A stretch of DNA of 64,000 nucleotides, from NCBI GenBank assembly GCA_035529435.1, contig DATKWS010000113.1, forward strand, positions 13,001-77,000, in the 5' to 3' direction. The notes under the pieces were generated by a model. That model did not search any database and was not told the DNA's origin. It saw only the letters and a list, made by a program, of their open reading frames with translations. Each line of letters begins with the position of its first letter. Position 1 is the stretch's first letter. Below, piece by piece: positions 9,271 to 18,805 of this stretch. The position numbers were made by a program, and so were the translations under genes. The DNA is from Patescibacteria group bacterium. Lineage in GTDB: Bacteria > Krumholzibacteriota > Krumholzibacteriia > Krumholzibacteriales > Krumholzibacteriaceae.

Positions 9271-10686
9271 ATGGCCGCGAAGTCGGCTCAAGTACATTCA
9301 CTGAAAACATCGATTCGCTCCAAGTCTGAGAAGCGTCTCTCCGACGGCGATCTGCTCGCCCGGCTCGAGAAGAGCCGCGGAACGGAGCGCGCGTTGCAGC
9401 GCAGGATCGTGCTCGATCTCGCCGAGGTCGAACGGCGCAGGCTCTATTTGCCGAGAGGATACGGCTCGCTCTTCGAGTTCTGCACCGATTATTTACACTA
9501 TTCTCGCTCCTCGGCGGGACGGCGGATCAGCGCCGCACGGTGCATCGCGCTCTTTCCCCGGATGGCAGAGATGTTCGAGCGGGGGGAATGTGATCTCACC
9601 GTGCTCGCGGCGATCGCCGGGATCGTGACGAAGGAGAACTGCGCGGAGATCGTATCGTGGCTCAGGGGGAAGACGCTCAGGGAGGTCGAGGCATTCGCCC
9701 AGCGGCGGCAGCCGGGTCGAGCGGTCAGGGATCAGGTCCGGCAGATATATGTCATGAGCGTAAAGCAGGATACGAAGATTGATGGAGATCCGCCGTCTTC
9801 GAATGAATCACCGACGCCGGATACGGCGCCCCGGAACGGCGCTGAGCCCCCCGCGGCGGATACGAAGAATGCCGATCCCGGCGAGGTTGCAGAATTGCAT
9901 CACTATCTCGGATTTACTCCCAGCGCTGGGACTAAAACGGCGCAACTGGTTAATAACACGTCAGTTAAAAATCGAGGGGTGCGCTCCGGTTCCGGCGACG
10001 GCTCCAGCAGCGCCACGGCCTCCATGAGTGCTTCACCGGTGGAGCGCGTCGTTGTCGATCGGAAGTTCAAGCTCCAGTTCGCCGTGGATCCGGCGTTCAT
10101 GGTGAAGTTCAAGAGAGTAAGATCTCTTCTTTCTACTAAGTACCCAAATTTAAGTAACTTCGAGATGCTCTTCGATATCCTCATGACCGAGTACCTCGAT
10201 CGCCATAGCCCGGAAAGGCGGCTCGAAAGGCGGAACGCCCGCAAAAAACGCGCTGCGGGAAAAAAGAATACATCGGGGAGCGCAGCGACTCGGGACCCGG
10301 AACATGCTACACCGAATCGAAACGGCGAGCCGGTCCCATTACACGATACGCACCGAAAAGAAGCGGTGGAACCCGCCTGCGGGAGCCCATCCGATGACGT
10401 GTGTCGGGGAGAGAACCCGGCTCCCGCGAAGCGAAACCGCTACATCCCACCGGCGGTCAGGGACGAGGTGTTCGCACGTGACGACGGCAGGTGCACGTTC
10501 GTCAGCGACAACGGCAAACGGTGCAACTCTTTATGGAACCTTCAGATAGATCATATCATTCCATTCGCGAAGGGCGGAGATAGCTCTCCCGGCAATCTGA
10601 GGCTCCTCTGCGCACGGCATAATATTTCAGAGGCCGAACGGGAATACGGAGCGGAGCTCATGAAAAAATTCCGCCAGCGAGAATAA
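9271..10686 (+). CDS. DUF222-domain HNH endonuclease (13E12-repeat-like selfish element protein)
   Basis: N-terminal DUF222-like region (LDLAEVERRRLYLPRGYGSLFEFCTDYL). C-terminal HNH motif (CTFVSDNGKRC...IDHIIPFAKGG...N...CARHN). GGGAGG RBS before the ATG. An internal ~300-bp low-GC patch lies at 9890-10200. Confidence 0.75.
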   Translation: MAAKSAQVHSLKTSIRSKSEKRLSDGDLLARLEKSRGTERALQRRIVLDLAEVERRRLYLPRGYGSLFEFCTDYLHYSRSSAGRRISAARCIALFPRMAEMFERGECDLTVLAAIAGIVTKENCAEIVSWLRGKTLREVEAFAQRRQPGRAVRDQVRQIYVMSVKQDTKIDGDPPSSNESPTPDTAPRNGAEPPAADTKNADPGEVAELHHYLGFTPSAGTKTAQLVNNTSVKNRGVRSGSGDGSSSATASMSASPVERVVVDRKFKLQFAVDPAFMVKFKRVRSLLSTKYPNLSNFEMLFDILMTEYLDRHSPERRLERRNARKKRAAGKKNTSGSAATRDPEHATPNRNGEPVPLHDTHRKEAVEPACGSPSDDVCRGENPAPAKRNRYIPPAVRDEVFARDDGRCTFVSDNGKRCNSLWNLQIDHIIPFAKGGDSSPGNLRLLCARHNISEAEREYGAELMKKFRQRE

Positions 10687-10757
10687 AAACAGGTTATCCA
10701 GCGTGTGGCAATGCTCATTACATCGAGCATATGACAAGCGACGATCCAAGACTTTTA

Positions 10758-10790
10758 TTGACATGATAATTGCTTTTATAATAATTGGAA
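10758..10790 (+). promoter_or_regulatory. AT-rich promoter-like region upstream of the DUF488 gene (TTGACA ... TATAAT)
   Basis: TTGACA at 10758-10763 and TATAAT at 10777-10782. The spacer is only 13 nt, with an alternative ATAATT at 17 nt. Confidence 0.2.
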
Positions 10791-10818
10791 GGAGCCAATT
10801 ATCTTTCAGGAAAAAGCT

Positions 10819-11277
10819 GTGGCAAAAGAAGCTAAAATAAGAAACAGCCTGTATACGATCGGCTATGAAGGCAGAAACATGGCTGATTTTATTTCATGCT
10901 TGAAGTCGTCGAATATATCCATTGTGCTCGACGTGCGAGAAACTCCGATTTCGCGCAAGAAGGGATTCTCAAAGTCTGCTCTCAAGACCGAGTTGGAGAA
11001 AGAAGGACTCGCTTATTTTCACATGCGAGAGCTGGGCAGCCCGAAAGATATGAGAAGGAAGCTGTACGAAGATCAGGACTATGATTTTTTCTTTCGGTCT
11101 TTTATCGCATATCTGAAAAGTAAACAAAGCCATCTTGAAAAGGCCTATGCTCTTGCGTTCAAATCCACGTGCTGTTTGATGTGCTACGAGAAACAGGCGG
11201 AAAAATGCCATCGATCCGTAGTAGCTCAAAAAATCGCCGAATGTGACGGAAGGGGACTCTCCGTCATTCATATATAA
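10819..11277 (+). CDS. DUF488 family protein
   Basis: 152 aa with GTG start. N-terminal LYTIGYEG...DVRE.P.S pattern and overall architecture match DUF488 (YeaO-like). Lies inside the low-GC island. Confidence 0.6.
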   Translation: MAKEAKIRNSLYTIGYEGRNMADFISCLKSSNISIVLDVRETPISRKKGFSKSALKTELEKEGLAYFHMRELGSPKDMRRKLYEDQDYDFFFRSFIAYLKSKQSHLEKAYALAFKSTCCLMCYEKQAEKCHRSVVAQKIAECDGRGLSVIHI

Positions 11278-11635
11278 CCCCTGGCTATTGTGCAAAACGG
11301 CTCAGCTCAGCTTTTTTAATCGTAATAAGGATAAAACAGATTCTCCTGCAAGAATGAACCTCTCTGCAATGGGCACAAATTACCCATTATCGATTGGGAA
11401 ATCGGTCAAGCCTATCGAAGCTGGAGATATAGATATCAAAGCAAGGATCTTCTATTAGCCAAGATCAGAGAAAAATGGCTTTTAATGATGTGTTCCGACA
11501 AGAAGGATACTCATTTCTTTGTTGGAAACATGCAGCGATTCAGAAAGAATTTCATGGTCCTCGGCGTGTTCTATCCTCCAAAAATATAAAATCTCCATAC
11601 AGCGTTTGAATATAATCCGCATCGCATATCTACTG

Positions 11636-14600
11636 CTAAGATTTAAGTATTATATGTAGTAGATTTTCTTCGACTTTCGGATACAGGGCATCGATTTCCT
11701 TCTGGATTTCGATGGTCCTCTCGAGCGCGGTGACGATGCGGCAGTAGGTCTTTATATCGTCCATGCCGAGCTGCCGCTCGCGGCGATCCTTGAGCCACTT
11801 CTCGCAGACCTGATACCCGCCGATCTGATATTCCCAGACATCCCGCCGAACCGGAGCGAAGTACTGTGTCTTGTTGATATAAACACGTTCTTCTTGTGGA
11901 TCATACCGGAATCCCGTGTTCTTGTTCTTTGCAACGCTATTGTCGCCTTTTCCTTCGAATTGGGCTGAAGGTGTATCGAGCTCTGGCGAATTGAGCAGAT
12001 GCAGGGAGGTCAGTCTCATCCCCAAAGCAGCAAGTATCCGAAAGAGCTTAGTGTCCGTCGTGAACGGCAAGCGTGGGAAATCCATCCGCAGAAACTCAGA
12101 GTATTTCGTGCGGTAGGCTGGGGAGTAGAGGACTGCGTATATGTAGTTAAAAATCTCCTCGGGCGCTGGTTCCCCACCGTATGCCTGCGCCAGCGCTGCG
12201 ACGAACTTTGGATTCAGGTTCAGCTTGCGTTCGGACGTCTCGTATTGCGAGAAAAGGGCGCTGCGGTCGGCGGTGGGGTAAAGGTACAACGGAAAGAGAA
12301 AAGCATTATTGGAAGTCTTCGGCGAAATCAGGATTTTCTCCGAAATATGTTGCGTCACGAGAGCGTGCCTAAAGGACTCTCCTTTTGTTAATCGTGATGT
12401 AATGAGCGCCAGATTTTCCCCCGCAAGCATGTGGCGCATGACTTTCGGACGGGGCATGCAGATGAAACCGCGCGACCGCCCAGTATAATAAGTGAAACGT
12501 TTGTCGAAAGGACGGTAGAGGATCGGGACAATCTTATCCTCGGTCGGTCCGGACTCCAACAAGTCCTTTTGTGCTAGTGCCACCTTCCAATCTCGTGAAT
12601 CTTTGCTTAGACCATATCCTTGACGAGCCAATTCAGGGTCCATCCTCGAAAAGACAGTCACTGTTTTCCATAGCTCTTTCGCAGACCAATGGATTGTCAA
12701 AGCGTCACGTGCTGTGAATAGACCTACAACATTCACAGGAAATATCTCGGGTACGCACTTGAACCGTCGGTACATGGTTCCGAGCGTATGGTCATGCGGC
12801 ACAAACAAATAAAATGGTTGCACAGGCTTTAAATCTGTCCACTCGGTTTGCTTCAGTTGATGCATGTTAAGCCAGTCATATTTTCTGTCTCTTAATCCCC
12901 ATAGGTCAACATTCCTAACAACGGCATCATTCTTCTCTTTACAGCCATCCTTGATGAAAAAGGCAATAGCTACCCCCTGCCGAATGTCGAAGACGTTTTG
13001 ATCATGGCTGCCGTCCGGGCAGCTTTCTTTTTTAAGTGAGTTTCCGTGTAGATTAAGTATGTAAATTTCGTCGAATGTTCGCATAAGGCTTTGGCGCATG
13101 CCTCGGAAGGTTGGGTTATCTAGATATGAATGATTCGTAATCATTCCAAAAACCCCGCGACCTGCCTGCTCGATCTTCCACTGAGCAAATCGCAGGAACT
13201 TCACATAGTCGTCTTGAAGCCCCCTTGGATTCCTTTCGCCGAGTGGTTCTCCGTCCACCTGCTTATAGTCGTCTATTAGGCCTGTTATCCATTTCCCTCT
13301 ATTAGATGAATCATACGAATACGGTGGATTCCCCAGCACAACGAGTATCTTCTGCTCCTTCTTGACCTCCCCGGCGAGGTGGGATTCCTCGGCAAGCGAG
13401 GAGAAACCGGGAAGGCGGCTCTGCTCGAGCTCCTCCATATCAAGCGTATTGGTCAGGTAGAACTTCACGCGCTCGTCATCGGCGAGACGGTGACCGAGTT
13501 CTTCGAGAAAAAACGACATTTTCAAGTGCCCAACGGCGTACGGCGCCATCATCAGCTCAAAAGCATAGAAGTTTTTCAGGATATGATTGCGTATAAATTC
13601 CTCCCGCCCGCCGGAGCCGTACTTTGCCTCGAATTCTTTGACCGCCTCCTGGGCGGCGCGCGCGACAAAGGTCATCGTGCCCGCCGCGGGATCGAGCAAT
13701 GTGACCCCCTCGGATGCGAGCCCGTCGGGCATATCGAATTTTTCTTTGAGAATATGATTCAGCGATCGGACGATATATGACACAACCGGTTCAGGAGTGT
13801 AATAGACCCCCCGGCGCTCGCGTTCCTCGGGATCGTACCGGGCCAGGAATGTCTCGTAGAAATGAACGATCGGATCGCTTCCCTTCCCCTCGTGATAGTA
13901 GCGATCGAGGAGTCCGGGAGCATCCGCGACTGCCAGGACCCCGGAGATATCATCCACGATCCATTCGAGCTCGGCGGGCGGCTCTTCCAGTGAAATGAAC
14001 CGGAACACATCACGCAGAATGCCGATGGTATGCGGTATCTTGTAAAATGCCGCGCGGCGGTTGAATCCATCCCCCGAGCGCGTCCGCGCCGCAAAGAGCC
14101 CATAGGTAATCGTCTGCGCGTAGAGATCGGCGAAGTCGTGCGGCGTGAGCTCACCGATCAGGTACGTCCGGAACGTCTCGTAGAATCCGAGCAGCTTTCC
14201 CTCCGAACCCGCCTGCTCCTCGATGAGCTGCTGCTCGGTGACATCGCGCAGGAAGCGCGTGCGTTTCGCCAGCTCCACGGCGAGCGTTTCGGCGTTGTAC
14301 ATTTGCGGTAGTGAAAAATCGAGAAAATGCTCGAGCAATGCCCAAAGCTCGTCGGGCTTCTCGATCGGCGGGGTAGTGCGAACCTGGTTCAGAATCATGG
14401 GCCGCGCCGCCAGCACCGATTCGACGAGCTCCCCGTTTCGGTACAGCCGGAACTCGAGAAAATTGGTGAGGATCAGGTTGGCGAACGTGCCGAGGTAGCG
14501 CTGAAGCTGCCCGGACCGCTCGATTTCGCCCAGCCGCTCCTCCGTCGGTTTCTTGGCTTCGATATAGCCGATGATCCGGTCCGTGCCGTTCCAGATGCGG

Positions 14601-14842
14601 AAATCCGGGTTCCCCGCCTCGGTTGGTTTCGGCAGCGTCGTCACGTGGACATCCGTGCGGCCCGTGGCCTTCGCGATCTCTTCGAGGAGTTCACCGAGCG
14701 ATCCGTAGAAGCTCTCCTCCCGCGCGTCGCCCCTGAGGGCGACATCGGAGAGGCCTTCGAGATACTTTTTGAATATCGCTTTTTTGCCCATGCTGATTAA
14801 GCCCCATAAAAAATTTTCGTGTATTGGGTAATAATACCGCAA
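11636..14842 (-). CDS. single-polypeptide Type IIL/IIG restriction-modification enzyme, MmeI-like (PD-ExK endonuclease + gamma-class N6-adenine methyltransferase + target recognition domain)
   Basis: 1068 aa. N-terminal PD...ExK nuclease motif (NPDFRIW...IIGYIEAKKP). SAM-binding motif I (LLDPAAGTMTF). Catalytic motif IV (LGNPPY). Long C-terminal specificity region. GC is far lower than in the flanking genes. Confidence 0.7.
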   Translation of the reverse strand: MRYYYPIHENFLWGLISMGKKAIFKKYLEGLSDVALRGDAREESFYGSLGELLEEIAKATGRTDVHVTTLPKPTEAGNPDFRIWNGTDRIIGYIEAKKPTEERLGEIERSGQLQRYLGTFANLILTNFLEFRLYRNGELVESVLAARPMILNQVRTTPPIEKPDELWALLEHFLDFSLPQMYNAETLAVELAKRTRFLRDVTEQQLIEEQAGSEGKLLGFYETFRTYLIGELTPHDFADLYAQTITYGLFAARTRSGDGFNRRAAFYKIPHTIGILRDVFRFISLEEPPAELEWIVDDISGVLAVADAPGLLDRYYHEGKGSDPIVHFYETFLARYDPEERERRGVYYTPEPVVSYIVRSLNHILKEKFDMPDGLASEGVTLLDPAAGTMTFVARAAQEAVKEFEAKYGSGGREEFIRNHILKNFYAFELMMAPYAVGHLKMSFFLEELGHRLADDERVKFYLTNTLDMEELEQSRLPGFSSLAEESHLAGEVKKEQKILVVLGNPPYSYDSSNRGKWITGLIDDYKQVDGEPLGERNPRGLQDDYVKFLRFAQWKIEQAGRGVFGMITNHSYLDNPTFRGMRQSLMRTFDEIYILNLHGNSLKKESCPDGSHDQNVFDIRQGVAIAFFIKDGCKEKNDAVVRNVDLWGLRDRKYDWLNMHQLKQTEWTDLKPVQPFYLFVPHDHTLGTMYRRFKCVPEIFPVNVVGLFTARDALTIHWSAKELWKTVTVFSRMDPELARQGYGLSKDSRDWKVALAQKDLLESGPTEDKIVPILYRPFDKRFTYYTGRSRGFICMPRPKVMRHMLAGENLALITSRLTKGESFRHALVTQHISEKILISPKTSNNAFLFPLYLYPTADRSALFSQYETSERKLNLNPKFVAALAQAYGGEPAPEEIFNYIYAVLYSPAYRTKYSEFLRMDFPRLPFTTDTKLFRILAALGMRLTSLHLLNSPELDTPSAQFEGKGDNSVAKNKNTGFRYDPQEERVYINKTQYFAPVRRDVWEYQIGGYQVCEKWLKDRRERQLGMDDIKTYCRIVTALERTIEIQKEIDALYPKVEENLLHIILKS

Positions 14843-14878
14843 GAACAGGATATCCGAAAACCATATTTTGTGCAGTCT

Positions 14879-15586
14879 TTATTCCGTTTCCGCGGGAGGC
14901 TCGTCATCGAGCGCTCCGGTGAACCAGTTCCGGTGGATCACGCAGCTCGCGCAGTCGTGTTCCTTGCGGATCAGCGGGGTGCGCCCGGCACGCTCGGCGA
15001 GCCTGATCTCCGCCTGGTTCATGAGACCGAGCAGCACGCCCAGCACGATGAAGGCGCCGGGCGGGAGGATCATGAGGAGCAGCGGCAGGTACGACGGTCC
15101 CATGATCGACACGTTGAAGATCGTGCCGTTTCCGAGGAGTTCCCTGATCGCGCCGATCAAGACGAGCGACACGGTGAATCCGAGCCCCATCCCGAGGCCG
15201 TCGATCATTGAAAGGCCGATCGAGTTCTTCGAGGCGAACGCCTCGGCGCGGCCGAGAATGATGCAGTTCACCACGATCAGCGGGATGAACAGCCCGAGGC
15301 TCTTGTGGAGTGCGTGGAAGTAGCCGTTCATCACGAGGTCGACGATCGTGACGAAGGTCGCGATCGTCACGATGAAGGCGGGAATGCGGACCTTTTTCGG
15401 TATGACTCCCCTGAGGCCCGCGATCGCGGAGTTGGAACAGACGAGCACGAAGGTCGCGGCGAGCCCCATCCCGATGCCGTTCTCGGCGGTCGTCGTGACG
15501 GCCAGGGTCGGGCAGAGGCCGAGGACGAGACGGAAGATCGGATTCTCGCTCCAGAGTCCCTTTATCAACTCCTTGCCTGCGCTCAT
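14879..15586 (-). CDS. rnfE: Rnf electron transport complex subunit E
   Basis: Polytopic membrane protein with MGLAATFVLVCSN and LFIPLIVVNCII motifs of the RnfE/NqrD family. Last gene of the rnfABCDGE block. Confidence 0.85.
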   Translation of the reverse strand: MSAGKELIKGLWSENPIFRLVLGLCPTLAVTTTAENGIGMGLAATFVLVCSNSAIAGLRGVIPKKVRIPAFIVTIATFVTIVDLVMNGYFHALHKSLGLFIPLIVVNCIILGRAEAFASKNSIGLSMIDGLGMGLGFTVSLVLIGAIRELLGNGTIFNVSIMGPSYLPLLLMILPPGAFIVLGVLLGLMNQAEIRLAERAGRTPLIRKEHDCASCVIHRNWFTGALDDEPPAETE

Positions 15587-15589
15587 ACG

Positions 15590-16285
15590 TTACTCCTTGG
15601 AGTCGCCCTTCCCGCCTGACGTGGTGTCGGCGGATCCACCGGTGCCCGCGCCGTCCGTTTCACACGGATCGATCCCTTGCATGGCGGGCGGTGAAATCTC
15701 GTCCGCGCTCCCGGGACCGAGTATCTCGGTCCGGTGCCCGGCGAAGAACTCGAGACCCCGCGCGACGGCGTGGGTCACCGCACGCGAGGAGATCGTCGCC
15801 CCCGTGATCTGCTTGAAGGTGCCGCCGTCCTTGACGACATCCCACGTTTCCGGGTTGGAGAAACTTGCGCCCTTATAGTTGGCCCTGAACTCCTCCGTCT
15901 CGATCTTGGCGCCGAGGCCGGGGGTTTCGCGGTGCTGGAGTATCTGTATCCCCTGCACGACACCGGCCGTATCGACGCCCACCATGATCTCGATCTCTCC
16001 GGAATAGCCGTTGGGAGCGACGACGGGGAACGCGACACCCACGATCGCACCGTCTTTCCGCCCCCGGTAGAATATCACATCGGCCTCGCCGTTCTTTACA
16101 ACCTTCGTATCCTTGTCGGGATCGTTGTCGTACGGCGGAAGCACCGAGCGCACGGCGCTCATCTTCTCTTCCTTGAGGGCATTCTGTATCGGTTCGGCCG
16201 TTTTCTGGCTGACGAAGGCGAGGACCCCCGCCGAAACGGCGGCGATGACCGTCAGCACCAGGCACAGCCGGAATATTTCCTTCAT
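15590..16285 (-). CDS. rnfG: Rnf complex subunit G (FMN-binding)
   Basis: N-terminal TM anchor, then an FMN_bind-like region (GATISSRAV, flavinylation Ser/Thr context). Position in the rnf operon. Confidence 0.8.
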   Translation of the reverse strand: MKEIFRLCLVLTVIAAVSAGVLAFVSQKTAEPIQNALKEEKMSAVRSVLPPYDNDPDKDTKVVKNGEADVIFYRGRKDGAIVGVAFPVVAPNGYSGEIEIMVGVDTAGVVQGIQILQHRETPGLGAKIETEEFRANYKGASFSNPETWDVVKDGGTFKQITGATISSRAVTHAVARGLEFFAGHRTEILGPGSADEISPPAMQGIDPCETDGAGTGGSADTTSGGKGDSKE

Positions 16286-16341
16286 TGCTCGAACACCTCC
16301 ATCGGCCGCGATCTCTTCACCACGGCCTCAGTACAAATACG

Positions 16342-17412
16342 TCATGCCGCCGCCTTCTTCTTCACGGCGCCGAATACGGCGGGCTTCGTGTACCGGTCGA
16401 TCAGGGGCGTCGTTGCGTTCATCAACAGGATGGCGAAACTCACCCCTTCCGGGTATGCGCCGAACAGTCGTATCACGACCGTGATGACCCCGCAGCCGAA
16501 TCCGAAGATTAGCATCCCCCTCGGCGTGATAGGACTCGTCACGTAATCGGTCGCCATGAAGAGCGCCCCTATGAAGAGACCTCCCGTGATCACGTGAAAA
16601 CTCGGGTTTGCGTATCTGGTCGGATCGGCCAGATGGAATATGCCCGTCAGGGCCCAGACCGTCAGGATATATGACGCGGGCGTATGCCACGATATGACCT
16701 TTTTCGCTATGAGAAATATGCCTCCGAGAACGAGGAGCACCACGGAGACTTCGCCGAGACAGCCGGCGCGGTTGCCGATCAGAAGATCGATCCACTCCCG
16801 CTGTGAGAGGTGCAGATCGATCCGCCCCTGGGATAATAGGCTCTCCCGCATCCGGCTGAGCGGCGTGGCGGTGGTGACGGCGCTCATGCCCCACTTGGAC
16901 GGGGTCACCCACCGCGCCGTCATCTGTACGGGGAACGATATGAGCAACACGACGCGCCCGACCAGCGCCGGGTTGAACGGATTGTACCCGAGACCGCCGT
17001 ATATCTGTTTGGCGATGACGATCGCGAAGAAGGTCCCCACGAGGATCATCCACCACGGGCTCGTGGCGGGAAGGTTCAATGCGAGGAGCAACCCCGTGAG
17101 AACGGCGCTGCAGTCGCGGACCGCGACCCGCCGTTTCGCGATGCGCTGCCAGAGCAGCTCGAATATCACGGCCGAGACGACCGAGATCACGATAACCCTG
17201 ACGGCGGCCAGCCCGAACACGAAGACGGAGAAGAGCGTCACCGGCACGAGGGCGTAGATGACGAGCCTCATGATGTCCCCGACCGCCTGCCCCCCGTGCA
17301 TGTGCGGAGAGGAGCTGACGAGGAATCGCGGACCCACCTCGGGTTTTTTCTCCGTCGGCTGTTTACCTTCGGGTTTTGTTTCCGGTGCCTTCTCCTCCAC
17401 CGATACCTCCAA
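16342..17412 (-). CDS. rnfD: Rnf complex subunit D
   Basis: Polytopic NqrB/RnfD family membrane protein (SSPHMH, GLGYNPFNPAL, FMATDYVTSP motifs). The true start may be an internal Met because the N-terminal 25 aa are Lys/Glu-rich. Confidence 0.8.
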   Translation of the reverse strand: MEVSVEEKAPETKPEGKQPTEKKPEVGPRFLVSSSPHMHGGQAVGDIMRLVIYALVPVTLFSVFVFGLAAVRVIVISVVSAVIFELLWQRIAKRRVAVRDCSAVLTGLLLALNLPATSPWWMILVGTFFAIVIAKQIYGGLGYNPFNPALVGRVVLLISFPVQMTARWVTPSKWGMSAVTTATPLSRMRESLLSQGRIDLHLSQREWIDLLIGNRAGCLGEVSVVLLVLGGIFLIAKKVISWHTPASYILTVWALTGIFHLADPTRYANPSFHVITGGLFIGALFMATDYVTSPITPRGMLIFGFGCGVITVVIRLFGAYPEGVSFAILLMNATTPLIDRYTKPAVFGAVKKKAAA

Positions 17413-17479
17413 ACGGGCGGAATTCCGAATCCGCCGTCTCCCGCTGACCTGCGGTCCATCTATCGCACGGCCGGGAGCG

Positions 17480-18805
17480 CTACCCGGCTCTCTTCGCCTT
17501 CTTTCTCACCTCCGCCTTGGCGCGGCGGAAGTGGTGCACGAGGGGCCTGCGCGACGGGCACACATAGGCGCAGCAGCCGCACTCGATGCAGTCGAGTACA
17601 TTGAACTCATCCGTCTTGTCGAACGCCATGCGCTCCGCGAAAATGCTGAGCGCGGAGGGATTGAGGCGCATCGGGCAGGCCGTCACGCATTTGCCGCACC
17701 GTATGCAGGGGTCGTTCACGTACTGCGGAATCTCGTCGCGGCGCAGGAACACGACACCACTCGTGCCCTTCGTGACCGATGCCCCGAGAGAGTACTGGGC
17801 GACCCCCATCATGGGACCGCCGCTGATAACCTTGCCCGTGTCCCCGCTGATGCCGCCGCAGAACCTCACGAGATCCTCGAATGACGCGCCGATCCGGGCC
17901 AGGATATTCTTCGGCTCGGCGACACCGCTTCCCGTGACGGTGACGACACGCTGTATGAGCGGCCTGCCGAACCGGACCGCCTCGTATGCCGCGAAACAGG
18001 TTCCGACGTTCTGCACCAGGACGCCGGCATCCATCGGCAATCCCCCCGTCGGCACCTTCCGGTGCGTGATCGAATAGATCAGCTGCTTCTCGGCGCCCTG
18101 GGGGTACAGCACATTGACGGCGGCGACACTGAAGCCCTTCCGGTCCGCGGAGCGGGATCGCATCGTCTCTATCGCATCCGGTTTATTCTTCTCGATACTC
18201 ACGACGACCCGTTCGACGCCGAGAACCCGTGCGAAGAGCGCCGCTCCCTCGATAATCTCATCGGCCCGCTCCACCATCAGCCGGTGGTCGGCGGTGAGAA
18301 ACGGCTCGCATTCGGCGCCGTTCACGATCAGAATATTTATTTTTTTATGTTCCGGAGGGGAGAGCTTTACATGCGTGGGAAACGTGGCCCCTCCCATGCC
18401 GACAAGCCCGCCACCCTGCACGAGCTTCTTGATCTCATCCGGCCCGAGAGAATCGGTATTCCGCTCGACGTTGCACCCCTCGGCCCATGCATCCTCGCCG
18501 TCGGGCTCGATTACCGCGGCGGGCATATCGGTGCCGACGGGATGCGGGAACATGTCGATCGACTTCACGGTCCCCGAGGTGGGTGCATGGACGGGGGCGG
18601 ACACGAACGCCTTCGCCTCCGCGATCACCTGCCCTTTACGCACCGTATCGCCCTTCTTGACAATAGGTTCCGGTGGTGCGCCGAGGTTCTGCGTGAAATA
18701 AACGACGAGCTGCTCCGGCAGGGGCATCTCCTCTATCGCCCTCCGGTCGGCGAGCTCCTTGTTGTACGCGGGATGCACGCCCCCGGCAAACGCTCCATAC
18801 GCCAT
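17480..18805 (-). CDS. rnfC: Rnf complex subunit C (NADH-binding, 2x[4Fe-4S])
   Basis: 441 aa with the RnfC/NqrF-like fold and two ferredoxin-type Cys clusters near the C-terminus (CIRCGKCVTACP and CIECGCCAYVCP). Confidence 0.85.
   Translation of the reverse strand: MAYGAFAGGVHPAYNKELADRRAIEEMPLPEQLVVYFTQNLGAPPEPIVKKGDTVRKGQVIAEAKAFVSAPVHAPTSGTVKSIDMFPHPVGTDMPAAVIEPDGEDAWAEGCNVERNTDSLGPDEIKKLVQGGGLVGMGGATFPTHVKLSPPEHKKINILIVNGAECEPFLTADHRLMVERADEIIEGAALFARVLGVERVVVSIEKNKPDAIETMRSRSADRKGFSVAAVNVLYPQGAEKQLIYSITHRKVPTGGLPMDAGVLVQNVGTCFAAYEAVRFGRPLIQRVVTVTGSGVAEPKNILARIGASFEDLVRFCGGISGDTGKVISGGPMMGVAQYSLGASVTKGTSGVVFLRRDEIPQYVNDPCIRCGKCVTACPMRLNPSALSIFAERMAFDKTDEFNVLDCIECGCCAYVCPSRRPLVHHFRRAKAEVRKKAKRAG

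Noticed and set aside
11243-11458. 71-aa ORF overlapping the end of the DUF488 gene
   Set aside because: It overlaps DUF488 in another frame and runs into AT-rich spacer, with no RBS or domain. It is probably spurious. The separate 44-aa ORF at 11476-11610 is kept as a low-level note only.
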